Assembly (NCBI GenBank): GCA_963733095.1
Contig: CAVTBV010000009.1
Span: 32,001-96,000, forward strand
From: Candidatus Bathyarchaeota archaeon
Lineage (GTDB): Archaea > Thermoproteota > Bathyarchaeia > Bathyarchaeales > Bathycorpusculaceae
Direction of reading: 5' to 3'
Length of the DNA stretch: 64,000 nucleotides
This document shows positions 40,864 to 49,454 of this stretch, one piece after another; position 1 is the first letter of the stretch; each line of letters opens with the position of its first letter. Under the pieces are notes generated by a model. It did no database searches and was not told where the DNA came from. It worked only from the letters and a program-made list of their open reading frames with translations. The position numbers and the translations under genes are program-made.

Positions 40864-41148
40864 ATGCAATTTTCCAAGGTTTCTGGTAAAAAAAATAACC
40901 ACAAAGTTGCCCTCTACGCTTTAAGCACCTGCGTTTGGTGCAAAATGACCAAGCAGTACCTAAACGACAATGGGGTGGAATACGAATTTGTCGATGTTGA
41001 TTTGCTCGATGACAACGACAAAAATACAGTACACTCAACTATCCTCAGCAAGGGTGGTGCTTTAAGCTACCCAACAACAATCGTAGATGACAAAACCGTA
41101 ATCACTGGCTTCCGCAAAGACTTGCTCAAAGAGGCACTTGGTCTTTGA
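40864..41148 (+). CDS. Glutaredoxin-like protein
   Basis: YALSTCVWC...SYPT motifs. Confidence 0.9.
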   Translation: MQFSKVSGKKNNHKVALYALSTCVWCKMTKQYLNDNGVEYEFVDVDLLDDNDKNTVHSTILSKGGALSYPTTIVDDKTVITGFRKDLLKEALGL

Positions 41149-41708
41149 CTACAATAGAGCAGACTCGTAAAAGAGCGGAAGCTGACGCAAAATCATTCGG
41201 CTACTACCTTACGCCTCAACCTGACCTTTTGCAGATGTTTCTGGAAGGATTAAAAACCAACGAAGATCGCTACGGCTACCCCTCATGCCCCTGCAGGCTT
41301 GCAACAGGCAACTTCGAATTCGACCGCGACATCATCTGCCCATGCGACTACCGCGACCCAGACGTCGCAGAATTCGGTGCATGCTACTGCCGACTCTATG
41401 TTAACAAAGCCGTTTTTGAAAGCCAAAACCTACCTGAAGTCCCCGAACGTCGACCCATCGAAAAGCAAGGAAGAGCATACGGAGTGCTAGGGCGTTCCCA
41501 ACAGGTACTTACTCAGACCAAACAAGAAAAACCAACCACAACATCGGCACAACCGCTTAAAGCGCCAGAAGTAAAAAAGAAATTATGGTACTGTAAACAA
41601 TGTGGTTACGTGGTTTATCGTGAAGATCCGCCTTACATTTGCCCTATCTGTAAGGCTAAGAGGGAAATGTTTGCCGAAATAGAGGCGAAAATAGAATTTA
41701 AGGGTTAA
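41145..41708 (+). CDS. Ferredoxin:thioredoxin reductase catalytic domain fused to a rubredoxin-like domain
   Basis: CPC, CPC and CYC motifs plus WYCKQCGY...CPICKA. Confidence 0.92.
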   Translation: MTTIEQTRKRAEADAKSFGYYLTPQPDLLQMFLEGLKTNEDRYGYPSCPCRLATGNFEFDRDIICPCDYRDPDVAEFGACYCRLYVNKAVFESQNLPEVPERRPIEKQGRAYGVLGRSQQVLTQTKQEKPTTTSAQPLKAPEVKKKLWYCKQCGYVVYREDPPYICPICKAKREMFAEIEAKIEFKG

Positions 41709-41712
41709 GAAA

Positions 41713-41862
41713 TTATTTTTGGATTTCTATTTCGATTTTCTTCCAGTCCTCTTTTATCCCTTTAAGTGAGGAAACGGCGCCTGTTATGGTTCCGTTCATA
41801 ATTTTTTCGACAAACTCGTTTAGCGGGATTTCTTTTCCGTCAACTTTTAGTTTTAGACTCAA
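41713..41862 (-). CDS. 49-aa protein resembling the MobB C-terminal domain
   Basis: MSLKLKVDGKEIPLNEFVEKIMNGTITGAVSSLKGIKEDWKKIEIEIQK; AGGTGA SD. Confidence 0.75.
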   Translation of the reverse strand: MSLKLKVDGKEIPLNEFVEKIMNGTITGAVSSLKGIKEDWKKIEIEIQK

Positions 41863-42054
41863 CCTTTTCACCTGTCTAATGCTCTAAATTTAGAAGTGAG
41901 TGACAGGCTAAAAGTCTTGTGCAAGAGTCTGAATAAGGCATATTTTAACATTTAATTATGCTTGCTAGAAACTCCTGACGCCAAAAATTGGCTAAAAGAA
42001 TTTACCCATAAAATGAGGGAATTATTTGTGTTCCTATTCAGGTGATGATTATGG

Positions 42055-42165
42055 TTATTTTTTCACACTCTCAAATTTCCTCATCAACAACTTATATTTG
42101 GCCAGAGATAGAGTAAGTGAACCTAAGCCAAAGACTTCTATGATTAGGGCTGTGGTTTCTATCAT
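42055..42165 (-). CDS. Putative 36-aa single-TM peptide
   Basis: MIETTALIIEVFGLGSLTLSLAKYKLLMRKFESVKK; GGGGGAG SD. Confidence 0.5.
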   Translation of the reverse strand: MIETTALIIEVFGLGSLTLSLAKYKLLMRKFESVKK

Positions 42166-42185
42166 CCATGTTCTCCCCCGGTTTT

Positions 42186-42248
42186 TTAGACCAGCTCTCC
42201 TTTGCCTGTTTTGGGAATTTTTTCGATTTTTGATGTTTCTTTGCTCAT
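42186..42248 (-). CDS. Putative 20-aa peptide
   Basis: MSKETSKIEKIPKTGKGELV, directly upstream of the 36-aa ORF. Confidence 0.3.
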   Translation of the reverse strand: MSKETSKIEKIPKTGKGELV

Positions 42249-42381
42249 TTTTTACCCACTTTTTGGTTAATATTGTAGTATATTCGATAAAATACGAATG
42301 TAGTTAAGATTTGTTCATAAAAGTTACGGATTAATGGACAAGCCAAAGGTTTATCCTTTATCACCTGCAAACTTGCACAAA

Positions 42382-42939
42382 TTACATCTTAGTCATGCCG
42401 GATTTGACAGTAACCCGCAACTTAGTCAGGTTCTCTTTTATCTCAGCCTTAACACCCATAGCTGTAAAGTATTCCTCGAGGAAAATTCTGATGAACTCCT
42501 TAGAAATCTCTGAAACCAGCACAAGGGTGTAATCGTTTGGAGCGTTTTTGGTGAGGCGATAAAAGTTGCATACTTCAAGCCGAGTCAACATTTCTTCTGG
42601 AGAGTGTACCTTGGTTTTTAGCTGTTCCCAGTGGGCTCGAGCTACTTCTTTGTGTTCGCTCCAGAACTTGTCCTTTTCAGGCGAGGAAGCGATTAAACGC
42701 AGGAACATGAGCCAGTGGTCAACGTCTAAGATTATGTGTTCACCGCTTAGTAGCATCTCGAGGTAGGCGTGGATTTTTTTCTTGGTGGCGGGGTCTTCCA
42801 GGGCTTTGTTTTCGTTGTAGAATTTTAGGGCGCGGCGCATTGTTTCGCTTTGGGATACTTGGGCCTCGGTGCTTATTTTTTCGAGTAAGTCGGCTGTGGA
42901 TTTGTCGAAGGCCACAGTTATTCTTATCGGGTTCGCCAT
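42382..42939 (-). CDS. Ribbon-helix-helix (CopG-like) regulator with C-terminal putative ligand-binding domain
   Basis: RITVAFD...VSQSETMRRAL RHH pattern. Confidence 0.85.
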   Translation of the reverse strand: MANPIRITVAFDKSTADLLEKISTEAQVSQSETMRRALKFYNENKALEDPATKKKIHAYLEMLLSGEHIILDVDHWLMFLRLIASSPEKDKFWSEHKEVARAHWEQLKTKVHSPEEMLTRLEVCNFYRLTKNAPNDYTLVLVSEISKEFIRIFLEEYFTAMGVKAEIKENLTKLRVTVKSGMTKM

Positions 42940-42995
42940 GTTCTAACTAAACTCCTGTTAGACACTTTTTCAAAATAGTGGAAAATATATAAACA

Positions 42996-43028
42996 TTGCG
43001 CAATTATTATCAGATAATACTTTGCAAA
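42996..43028. promoter_or_regulatory. Palindrome cluster upstream of the RHH gene
   Basis: TTGCGCAA, TATTATC-A-GATAATA (43005-43019), TTTGCAAA. Confidence 0.5.
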
Positions 43029-43154
43029 TTTATGGAATAAAGGCAAAAACATTGAACAAGTGTTAAAGCAACTATGATACAGCTGGCGCAAAACCCTTTT
43101 ATCCCAAACCCAATTTACTTCTATCACACAAACTGCTTCTAAGGAGAACCCGCA

Positions 43155-43814
43155 TTGAAACCCCCCGAAATATACCTCGAACGCAAACCCAGAACAGAAA
43201 AAATAATCGAACTCCTCGAAAAACAATTCCCCGAAGCAAAAACCGCCCTAAACTACACTTCCCCTCTCGAAATCCTTATCGCCACCATGCTCTCCGCGCA
43301 AACAACGGACGTTGCAGTCAACATGGTAACCAAAACCCTCTTCAAGAAATACCACGCCCCCCAAGACTACGCGAATGCAGACTTAAAAGAGATAGAGCAA
43401 GATATCCACTCCACAGGTTTCTACCACAACAAAGCTAAAAACCTCCAAAACTGCTGTCGGCTCCTCGTCGAAAAATTACACTCCCAAGTTCCTAAAACCA
43501 TGGAAGAACTCATAGAGCTACCGGGAGTTGCAAGAAAAACCGCTAACATCGTCCTCTACAACGCTTACGGCATCATAGCAGGCATCGCAGTAGACACCCA
43601 CGTAACGAGGCTCTCACAGCGACTCGGGTTAACAGATCAAAAAGACCAAAACAAGATCGAGAAAGACCTGATGCAGATCACACCAAAGGAGAAGTGGATG
43701 GAACTTGCCGATTTGCTGATTTTTCACGGCAGACAAGTATGTATGGCAAAAAAACCCAAATGCGGCATCTGCGTTTTAAACAAGATCTGTCCCTCTGCCT
43801 TCACTTTTAGCTAG
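43155..43814 (+). CDS. nth: Endonuclease III
   Basis: LSAQTTD, LPGVARKTA, VDTHV and C-x6-C-x2-C-x5-C motifs. Confidence 0.95.
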   Translation: MKPPEIYLERKPRTEKIIELLEKQFPEAKTALNYTSPLEILIATMLSAQTTDVAVNMVTKTLFKKYHAPQDYANADLKEIEQDIHSTGFYHNKAKNLQNCCRLLVEKLHSQVPKTMEELIELPGVARKTANIVLYNAYGIIAGIAVDTHVTRLSQRLGLTDQKDQNKIEKDLMQITPKEKWMELADLLIFHGRQVCMAKKPKCGICVLNKICPSAFTFS

Positions 43815-43868
43815 GCATTAGCCATTTATACGAGCGTTAACTTTTCTTTTGTGGTAAGGATTGATTTT

Positions 43869-44348
43869 ATGGTAAACGAAATTAAAGTTGGCGAAAAAGC
43901 ACCTGATTTCACACTTCCCGACGTAGATATGAAACCCCGAAGTCTCCATGAGTTTTTAGGAAAAAAAATTGTGTTAGCTTTCTTTGTTGGCGCTTTCACT
44001 TCAACGTGTACTAAAGAAGTCTGTACTTTCCGCGATTCCATGTCGCGGCTAGTCGATTTGAACGCCCAAGTCGTTGGCATTGGCGTTACAGACCCTTTCT
44101 CGAATAAGGCTTTTTCAGAAAAAAACAGACTACCCTTCCCCGTTTTAAGCGATTATAACCGCGGAGTAATCAAGCAATGGGGTTTGGAGCTGTTTGATTT
44201 TGCTGGGTTAAAAGGTTACACGGTTGCTAAACGTTCAATATTCATCCTTGACCAGACAGGCGTTGTACGGTATGTTTGGATTTCGGAAGATCCAACGGTT
44301 GAACCGAACTATCAGGAAATACAAAAAGCCTTAGAGCAAATTCCTTAG
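43869..44348 (+). CDS. Peroxiredoxin (Bcp/PrxQ-type)
   Basis: [16 protein letters not shown] and AKRSIF motifs. Confidence 0.9.
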   Translation: MVNEIKVGEKAPDFTLPDVDMKPRSLHEFLGKKIVLAFFVGAFTSTCTKEVCTFRDSMSRLVDLNAQVVGIGVTDPFSNKAFSEKNRLPFPVLSDYNRGVIKQWGLELFDFAGLKGYTVAKRSIFILDQTGVVRYVWISEDPTVEPNYQEIQKALEQIP

Positions 44349-44369
44349 GGCCTTTTCTATATCATTACC

Positions 44370-44940
44370 GTGTAGAAGAAGCGGTTACTCCGTCGCCTTC
44401 CAGCGAAGGGTAATGCCTAATTTCCCCAAATTCAAAATATCCACTGAAAAGCTCAATTATCTGCCGTTTCTTAAAGTGGTTCCACCCCGGTCCGTTCCTG
44501 TAGCCGAAGCATGTCAGCATTTATCTGCCGCCTTCTTTGAGAACCCGATGAACACCCACAATGAATTTGGTGCCCTCTTCAACCTCAACATGGTGAACGC
44601 AGCCCATGTTAAACACAAAACCAAAAGCCTCATCGATGAAACGCAAGTCGATGAAGCTCTCAGCCAAAAAATTAACATTGACTTTTGCTTGGTGTGCTTT
44701 TTTCTTTCCAATCTCGATGGCTGTTTGAGAAATATCAATGCCTGTCATGTCAAAGCTGCTTTTGGTAAGATAAATTGTGTTTGTTCCGGTGACACAGCAA
44801 ATGTCCAGTGCCCTGCCATTTGGAATAAACCCTTTTTCGAGGTATTCAACGAGTATCGGGTGCGGTTTGCCCAGTTCCCAGCCTAATTCATTAAGCGGAA
44901 ACCCGCGTAAGTCTCATCCCACCTTGAGTAATTGGCACAC
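44370..44940 (-). pseudogene. Class I SAM methyltransferase (TPMT/TehB-like) pseudogene
   Basis: GWELGKPHP...ALDICC.TGTN...TGIDIS...HRVLKEGG with premature stops. Confidence 0.75.
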
Positions 44941-44993
44941 ATAGAAAACCATTTAATTAGTTCTTGCTGAGAAATTTTAACTTAGTTGTTATT

Positions 44994-45072
44994 TGGTAGC
45001 GGGGAGTAGATTTGAACTACTGATCTCTGGGTTATGAGCCCAGCGGGTTAATCCTGGCTACCCCACCCCGCT
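44994..45072 (-). tRNA. Initiator tRNA-Met (CAT), CCA encoded
   Basis: AGCGGGGTGGGGTAGCCAGG...CTGGGCTCATAACCCAG...TTCAAATCTACTCCCCGCTACCA; A1:U72 pair and three G:C pairs in the anticodon stem. Confidence 0.97.
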
Positions 45073-45201
45073 ACGCTTTTTCCGCGCTGTTTGCTCGGTG
45101 CATCCTATTAGTTCCATTGTCAAATATTAATAGTTTCTTTTTCGGTAATCGCAAAAGGATTTTAGTATCGAATATTCTTTGTATGAACGGAATGGTTTGC
45201 T

Positions 45202-45870
45202 TTGGATAAACCATATTTGCGTAGACTTTCGAATCCGCCTCTTGAAAACCCAATCTTTGTTCAGGGGCTCCCAGGGTTCGGAAATGTTGGCAGGATTGCG
45301 GCGCATCTGCTCATAAAGTTCTTTGATGCGAAACCGTTTGCCGAGTTGTATTCGCCTTCTTTTCCAGATTACGTTGCCATAACCTCAAAGGGCCTTGCTA
45401 ATTTGCCCAAGTACGAATTCTATTATGCGCCCATGGAGAAAAACAACCTTGTTATTATGACTGGAGAAATTCAACCTTCATTTGACGATGTAGTTGCACA
45501 TTACACTGTTTGTGATTCAGTGCTTGATTTTGTTGAAACATTGGGATGCAAATTCATTATAACAATGGGCGGAGTTCCCATAACTGAAGATAAGACTCAG
45601 GTTTACATCGCGGCGACGTCGCCGCGTTTGGCAACTGAGTTTATGGAGAAAGGTGCGGTCATCTACAGCAAGGGACGAATTGTTGGCGGAACAGGACTCA
45701 CGCTCGCATTAGCCAAGGAAAGAAAGATTGACGGAATCAGTTTGCTGGGGACAACGATGGGTTTTAAGGCTGATAGGGGCGCTGGATTCTTAGTTTTCAA
45801 ATTTTTGATGAAGGCATTAGGAAAAGAGATAAAAGAAGGTTCGGTAGAAAACAATGCACCTGAAGAGTAG
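45202..45870 (+). CDS. PAC2-family proteasome assembly chaperone
   Basis: GLPGFGNVGRIAA and IITMGG motifs. Confidence 0.9.
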   Translation: MDKPYLRRLSNPPLENPIFVQGLPGFGNVGRIAAHLLIKFFDAKPFAELYSPSFPDYVAITSKGLANLPKYEFYYAPMEKNNLVIMTGEIQPSFDDVVAHYTVCDSVLDFVETLGCKFIITMGGVPITEDKTQVYIAATSPRLATEFMEKGAVIYSKGRIVGGTGLTLALAKERKIDGISLLGTTMGFKADRGAGFLVFKFLMKALGKEIKEGSVENNAPEE

Positions 45871-45875
45871 GAAGA

Positions 45876-46118
45876 GTGGCGTCGATGACTCAAGATAATG
45901 AAAATGTATACGTAAGTAGTTTAGACTCAAAATTCACGAAAGTAACAATGACCATAGTCGCTGTGTTCTTGATCTTTGTGGGTCCAACATACATTCCATA
46001 CATGCTTTCGGATGTACTCCACGTCGATTACATTGCTTCCATTGGACTTGGCGCTGTTCTATTCATTGTTGGCTTATTAGTCTTGGTTTATCTTATCCGA
46101 AAGAAGGTAATCGAGTAA
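45876..46118 (+). CDS. Small two-TM membrane protein
   Basis: Two hydrophobic helices; directly downstream of PAC2 on the same strand. Confidence 0.7.
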   Translation: MASMTQDNENVYVSSLDSKFTKVTMTIVAVFLIFVGPTYIPYMLSDVLHVDYIASIGLGAVLFIVGLLVLVYLIRKKVIE

Positions 46119-46122
46119 ATTT

Positions 46123-46182
46123 TGCCTCAGATACCCTAGGGTGCATCATCAAATCAGCGGTTTAGGTTCTTCATCGGCGGCA
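46123..46182 (-). ncRNA. Box C/D guide sRNA
   Basis: TGCC..CGATGA(C)-agaacctaaaccg-CTGA(D')-tt-TGATGA(C')-tgcaccctagggtat-CTGA(D)-GGCA with a terminal stem. Confidence 0.8.
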
Positions 46183-46267
46183 CCTTAGAGTCAGAACCTG
46201 TTTTATTAAGATTCTTTGCTTTTTATGAAAATCTGCGCTAATTTTAATATCCCTGTTTCTCAAAATA

Positions 46268-46521
46268 ATGGCTATGAAAAATTCTGAGTGTACAATTTAT
46301 ATAATGTTCAAAGATAAGTGGCTGCAAAAGTTCAGAAAAGAAATGGACGGCTGGAAGGAATACAATCGTAATGGAACAATCCGTCCATCACGGCAGAACA
46401 ATTCATTTCCCATATTCTCCACCCCTTAGCAGGAATAAAAGGACCAGACGTCAGCGTCAAAGTTGAACCAGACGTCAAAAATTAAATTTAGCGGCGACTC
46501 AGGTCTTTTAGCAAAGCTTTA
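46268..46521 (+). pseudogene. Small hypothetical gene, apparently frameshifted near 46387
   Basis: MAMKNSECTIYIMFKDKWLQKFRKEMDGWKEYNRNGTIR continues in a shifted frame as ITAEQFISHILHPLAGIKGPDVSVKVEPD. Confidence 0.4.
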
Positions 46522-46976
46522 GCTTCAGCTGGAAGTTTGGGTTTGTTCCTTCTGCCTACAATCAAGAACAAGGACCCAATAAGAATTAATGCGGCACCAA
46601 AAAACGCCACACTTTCCTTTGGCAAAAACCCCAAGTTAAGTCCAACTGTGAAAAAAATCATTGTAATGCCCATTATGACAATTATCCAGTTGTTCATAGC
46701 CGCTGTTGACTGCAAAGCAAATTCTTTCTTACCCGTGTCAGTAACAAAAAATTGCCCCTTCTTTTCCTCAATCATTCCTGCATTCATCAAGTAATTCCAA
46801 TCGTAATGGAAATGACCATCAGACTTGTAACCTAACGCAGAACTGATGCTGGATTTTACACCGGGTTCAGCTTTAATTTTGCTGCTTGGGGCAGAATAGA
46901 TGAAATAAAGCAGTTTAGTCCTCGGTGACTGAAGATCTGCACTTATTCCACGTGACTTAGCCAAATTCAACCCCAC
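46488..46976 (-). CDS. wHTH-like protein with two C-terminal TM helices
   Basis: LMNAGMIEE...FFVTDTGK wing followed by two hydrophobic helices. Confidence 0.7.
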   Translation of the reverse strand: MGLNLAKSRGISADLQSPRTKLLYFIYSAPSSKIKAEPGVKSSISSALGYKSDGHFHYDWNYLMNAGMIEEKKGQFFVTDTGKKEFALQSTAAMNNWIIVIMGITMIFFTVGLNLGFLPKESVAFFGAALILIGSLFLIVGRRNKPKLPAEAKALLKDLSRR

Positions 46977-47057
46977 CTTTGATATTTGTAGAGGTTAAGA
47001 TAAAAGCTTCTCCCTGCAATTCTATCGTGTTTTGGCTGCAACGAGTTTTTGCTTATG

Positions 47058-47124
47058 ACTCTAACCCTTAGAGTTGGCGCTCTAAACATTGGTGCTGTTT
47101 TTGAGTTGTTATTCTAAATGTTAG
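47058..47124. promoter_or_regulatory. Three CTAA-N3-TTRG palindromic sites
   Basis: 47061-47071 (within ACTCTAA-CCC-TTAGAGT), 47082-47092 and 47114-47124. Confidence 0.55.
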
Positions 47125-47182
47125 GGCTATATCCAGAATTCAACATTTAAGGAAACAGAAAACAAAACATTGGAGGAAAAAA

Positions 47183-47839
47183 ATGAACGTAAATTTCGAG
47201 TATAGTAAAACTTTAGCAATTGAAGGCTCAATACTGCTCTTGCTCAGCTTGATTCCTTATGTGGGCTGGGTATTAGGCATAGTTGGTGTAGTTTTGCTCT
47301 TGAGAGGTATGAAAGAATTCTCAAATTACTATCAAGACGATAAAATCTACCAAGACTCACTGACAGGCGTCAAATACTATATAATCGCTATCGTTGCCGC
47401 AGCCGTCGCTATCGCTACGTTCACAGTCGGCATTTGGTCTGCAACAGGCTTTACATCAGCCTTTGTGCTCACAGCAGGCTTCGGAATAGGCTTAGTTGCT
47501 TTCCTAGTGGGGCTCGTCGTTGCATTCGTCTTCTACGTACTCGCATCATCGCACCTAAAAAGAACCTTCAACACTCTTGCGCAAAAATCAGGAGAAGCCT
47601 CATTCACCACCGCCGGAACACTGCTCTGGATAGGTTCAATCCTAACAATCATCGGCGTCGGCTTGATCCTAATATTCATTGCTTGGATATTTGCAACCAT
47701 AGGATTCTTCACAATGAAATCTTACCAATACCAACAATACGCCCCACAACCAACAGGTTACGGTACCACTCCGCCCCCAACCCAGCCAGAGCAAGCAAAG
47801 AGCATGGCATCCAACCAAAACAACATCGGTCAACCATAA
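47183..47839 (+). CDS. DUF996-family membrane protein
   Basis: SKTLAIEGSIL...LAQKSGEASFTTAGTLLWIGSILTII; GGAGG SD. Confidence 0.85.
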   Translation: MNVNFEYSKTLAIEGSILLLLSLIPYVGWVLGIVGVVLLLRGMKEFSNYYQDDKIYQDSLTGVKYYIIAIVAAAVAIATFTVGIWSATGFTSAFVLTAGFGIGLVAFLVGLVVAFVFYVLASSHLKRTFNTLAQKSGEASFTTAGTLLWIGSILTIIGVGLILIFIAWIFATIGFFTMKSYQYQQYAPQPTGYGTTPPPTQPEQAKSMASNQNNIGQP

Positions 47840-47853
47840 GGAGCGAAAATTTG

Positions 47854-48420
47854 ATGACCCAGCGAACTGAAGCTGAAACGGGTTACGCCTGGTGGAAATT
47901 CCTTCGAAAACACTGGCGCGCATTTGCCGTGTTTTTAGCGGGCGCTATCTTGGCATTTGCAGGCGTGGTCTACGTCTTCTTATGGTTCACAGGAAACGCA
48001 CAGTCAACAGGTCTGGTTCCAGCATCTCTTGGCATGTGGACCATGGGCAACGTGGTGGCGTTTATTCTGCATGCCATCTTTTGGGAGCTTGTCTTAATCG
48101 GTATTCCTGTAGCTGTTGGTGGGGTGGTAGGTTGGCAATGGTGGAGGAGGCTTCCTGAAGAAGAAAAGAGCTATCGTCTCTTTGGGAAACGCTCTCGGTC
48201 ACGAGGAGCTGGCGGAGCAATCTCGCCGTTGCTGTTCATAGCTTTTGCCCTCAAGGTATATGTTGATGGAAACTGGAACGTTGTCATCTCGACTTACACC
48301 TTGGACTATGTAGTGAGTTCAATGGTCACGATACTGCTCTGGATAGTTGCCATATTTGCGATTCCTGCAATAATAGGGTTCATCTGGTGGATACGCCACA
48401 AGGTGAACAAAAAATCCTAA
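47854..48420 (+). CDS. Trp-rich multi-pass membrane protein
   Basis: ATG at 47854 after a GGAG SD; four TM segments. Confidence 0.75.
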   Translation: MTQRTEAETGYAWWKFLRKHWRAFAVFLAGAILAFAGVVYVFLWFTGNAQSTGLVPASLGMWTMGNVVAFILHAIFWELVLIGIPVAVGGVVGWQWWRRLPEEEKSYRLFGKRSRSRGAGGAISPLLFIAFALKVYVDGNWNVVISTYTLDYVVSSMVTILLWIVAIFAIPAIIGFIWWIRHKVNKKS

Positions 48421-48640
48421 CCCCTCCTTTTTTAGCCATTTGCTTTTTAGAAGAATTATATTGGTGGCCTGTAATCTGAACGAGGTCGCTGACAAGAAGA
48501 TTAAGGGATGCACCCGTTGGTTGTTGTTGTGATAAGGGAGCTTTCACAAACAACTACTTAATAGACTATGGAAACCTTGAGCTTGAATATGCTTGCTGAA
48601 TACATAAGGCATATTAAATATTACTATAAGAATAGCCTCT

Positions 48641-49225
48641 ATGCTCGACAGCAAACGAAACAGCCGTGATGCCCCGCTAAAACCAAAAAGTGACGAAGCA
48701 AAAAGAACAACCATAATCCTAGAAAAAAGTGAACGCGAATTCATCGAGCAACTCATAAAAGACGGCAAAGAACCTGGAATAAAACCCCTCATCTCCAAAA
48801 TGCTCGACATCTACAAAAGCATGATGATCTACGACTGGCATTTCCCCGGAGAATACTACTGCGGAATAAGCCGAACCGCCTTTGTCAATGTCGAATTACT
48901 AAACATTCTAACCCAGCAGGTTCCGGCTGAAAAGTGGCATAAAGTCGGTGAAAAGATGGGTGATGCCCTGAAGGTTTCAATTCAGTCGACATTAGGAATT
49001 GATGCGAGCAAGCTGGAGAATTGGGGAGCCGTTTTCAGTAGGTTGAAGGTGCAGGGGTTTGGTGATTTTTATTTAAAAGACAAGTTTTTGCTTTTGAAGA
49101 CGCCTTTCATTCATGATTGTGAGATTTGGAAGGGCCTCATAGAGGGATTATTGAGTGTTGAGTTGGAGACGCGGAATTCAGTGCCTCCGATGGTTTTCGA
49201 GATTAAAAGCCCCAAAACGTCTTAA
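48641..49225 (+). CDS. Putative regulator (RHH-like N-terminus, V4R-like C-terminus)
   Basis: KRTTIILEKSEREFIEQL; C-terminal GFGDF...IWKGLIEG. Domain call is an inference. Confidence 0.6.
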   Translation: MLDSKRNSRDAPLKPKSDEAKRTTIILEKSEREFIEQLIKDGKEPGIKPLISKMLDIYKSMMIYDWHFPGEYYCGISRTAFVNVELLNILTQQVPAEKWHKVGEKMGDALKVSIQSTLGIDASKLENWGAVFSRLKVQGFGDFYLKDKFLLLKTPFIHDCEIWKGLIEGLLSVELETRNSVPPMVFEIKSPKTS

Positions 49226-49454
49226 TTTTAGAATCCGACAGTTAAATATTAGGAAACAGATTTATTAGGAAGGCAGATGTTCAGGTGTCTTTCAGTGGTA
49301 TATGATGAGGGATTGCGTTCATACAAGGCGATTGCCTTCATTGAAAATGTAAGAACGATTCGTTATTTGAAATTAGGCGCAACCCTTCAAAGACCCGTTT
49401 TGTGTAACCAAAAACCCTCCAGATACCTCTCTAAACGTTTAGGAGAAAAAATTT

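Noticed and set aside
46135-46185. Fluoride riboswitch-like AAACCGCTGA..TGATG
   Set aside because: Lacks the GGCGATGG..CGCC stem and a downstream gene; box C/D architecture explains it fully.
46363-46376. 14-nt identity (CAATCGTAATGGAA) with 46798-46811, suggesting an antisense sRNA against the regulator
   Set aside because: It falls inside an apparent small frameshifted coding sequence; chance or an old duplication is the simpler explanation.
47434-47853. N-terminal extension of the 328-aa tracked ORF
   Set aside because: Overlaps DUF996 out of frame; the SD supports a start at 47854.
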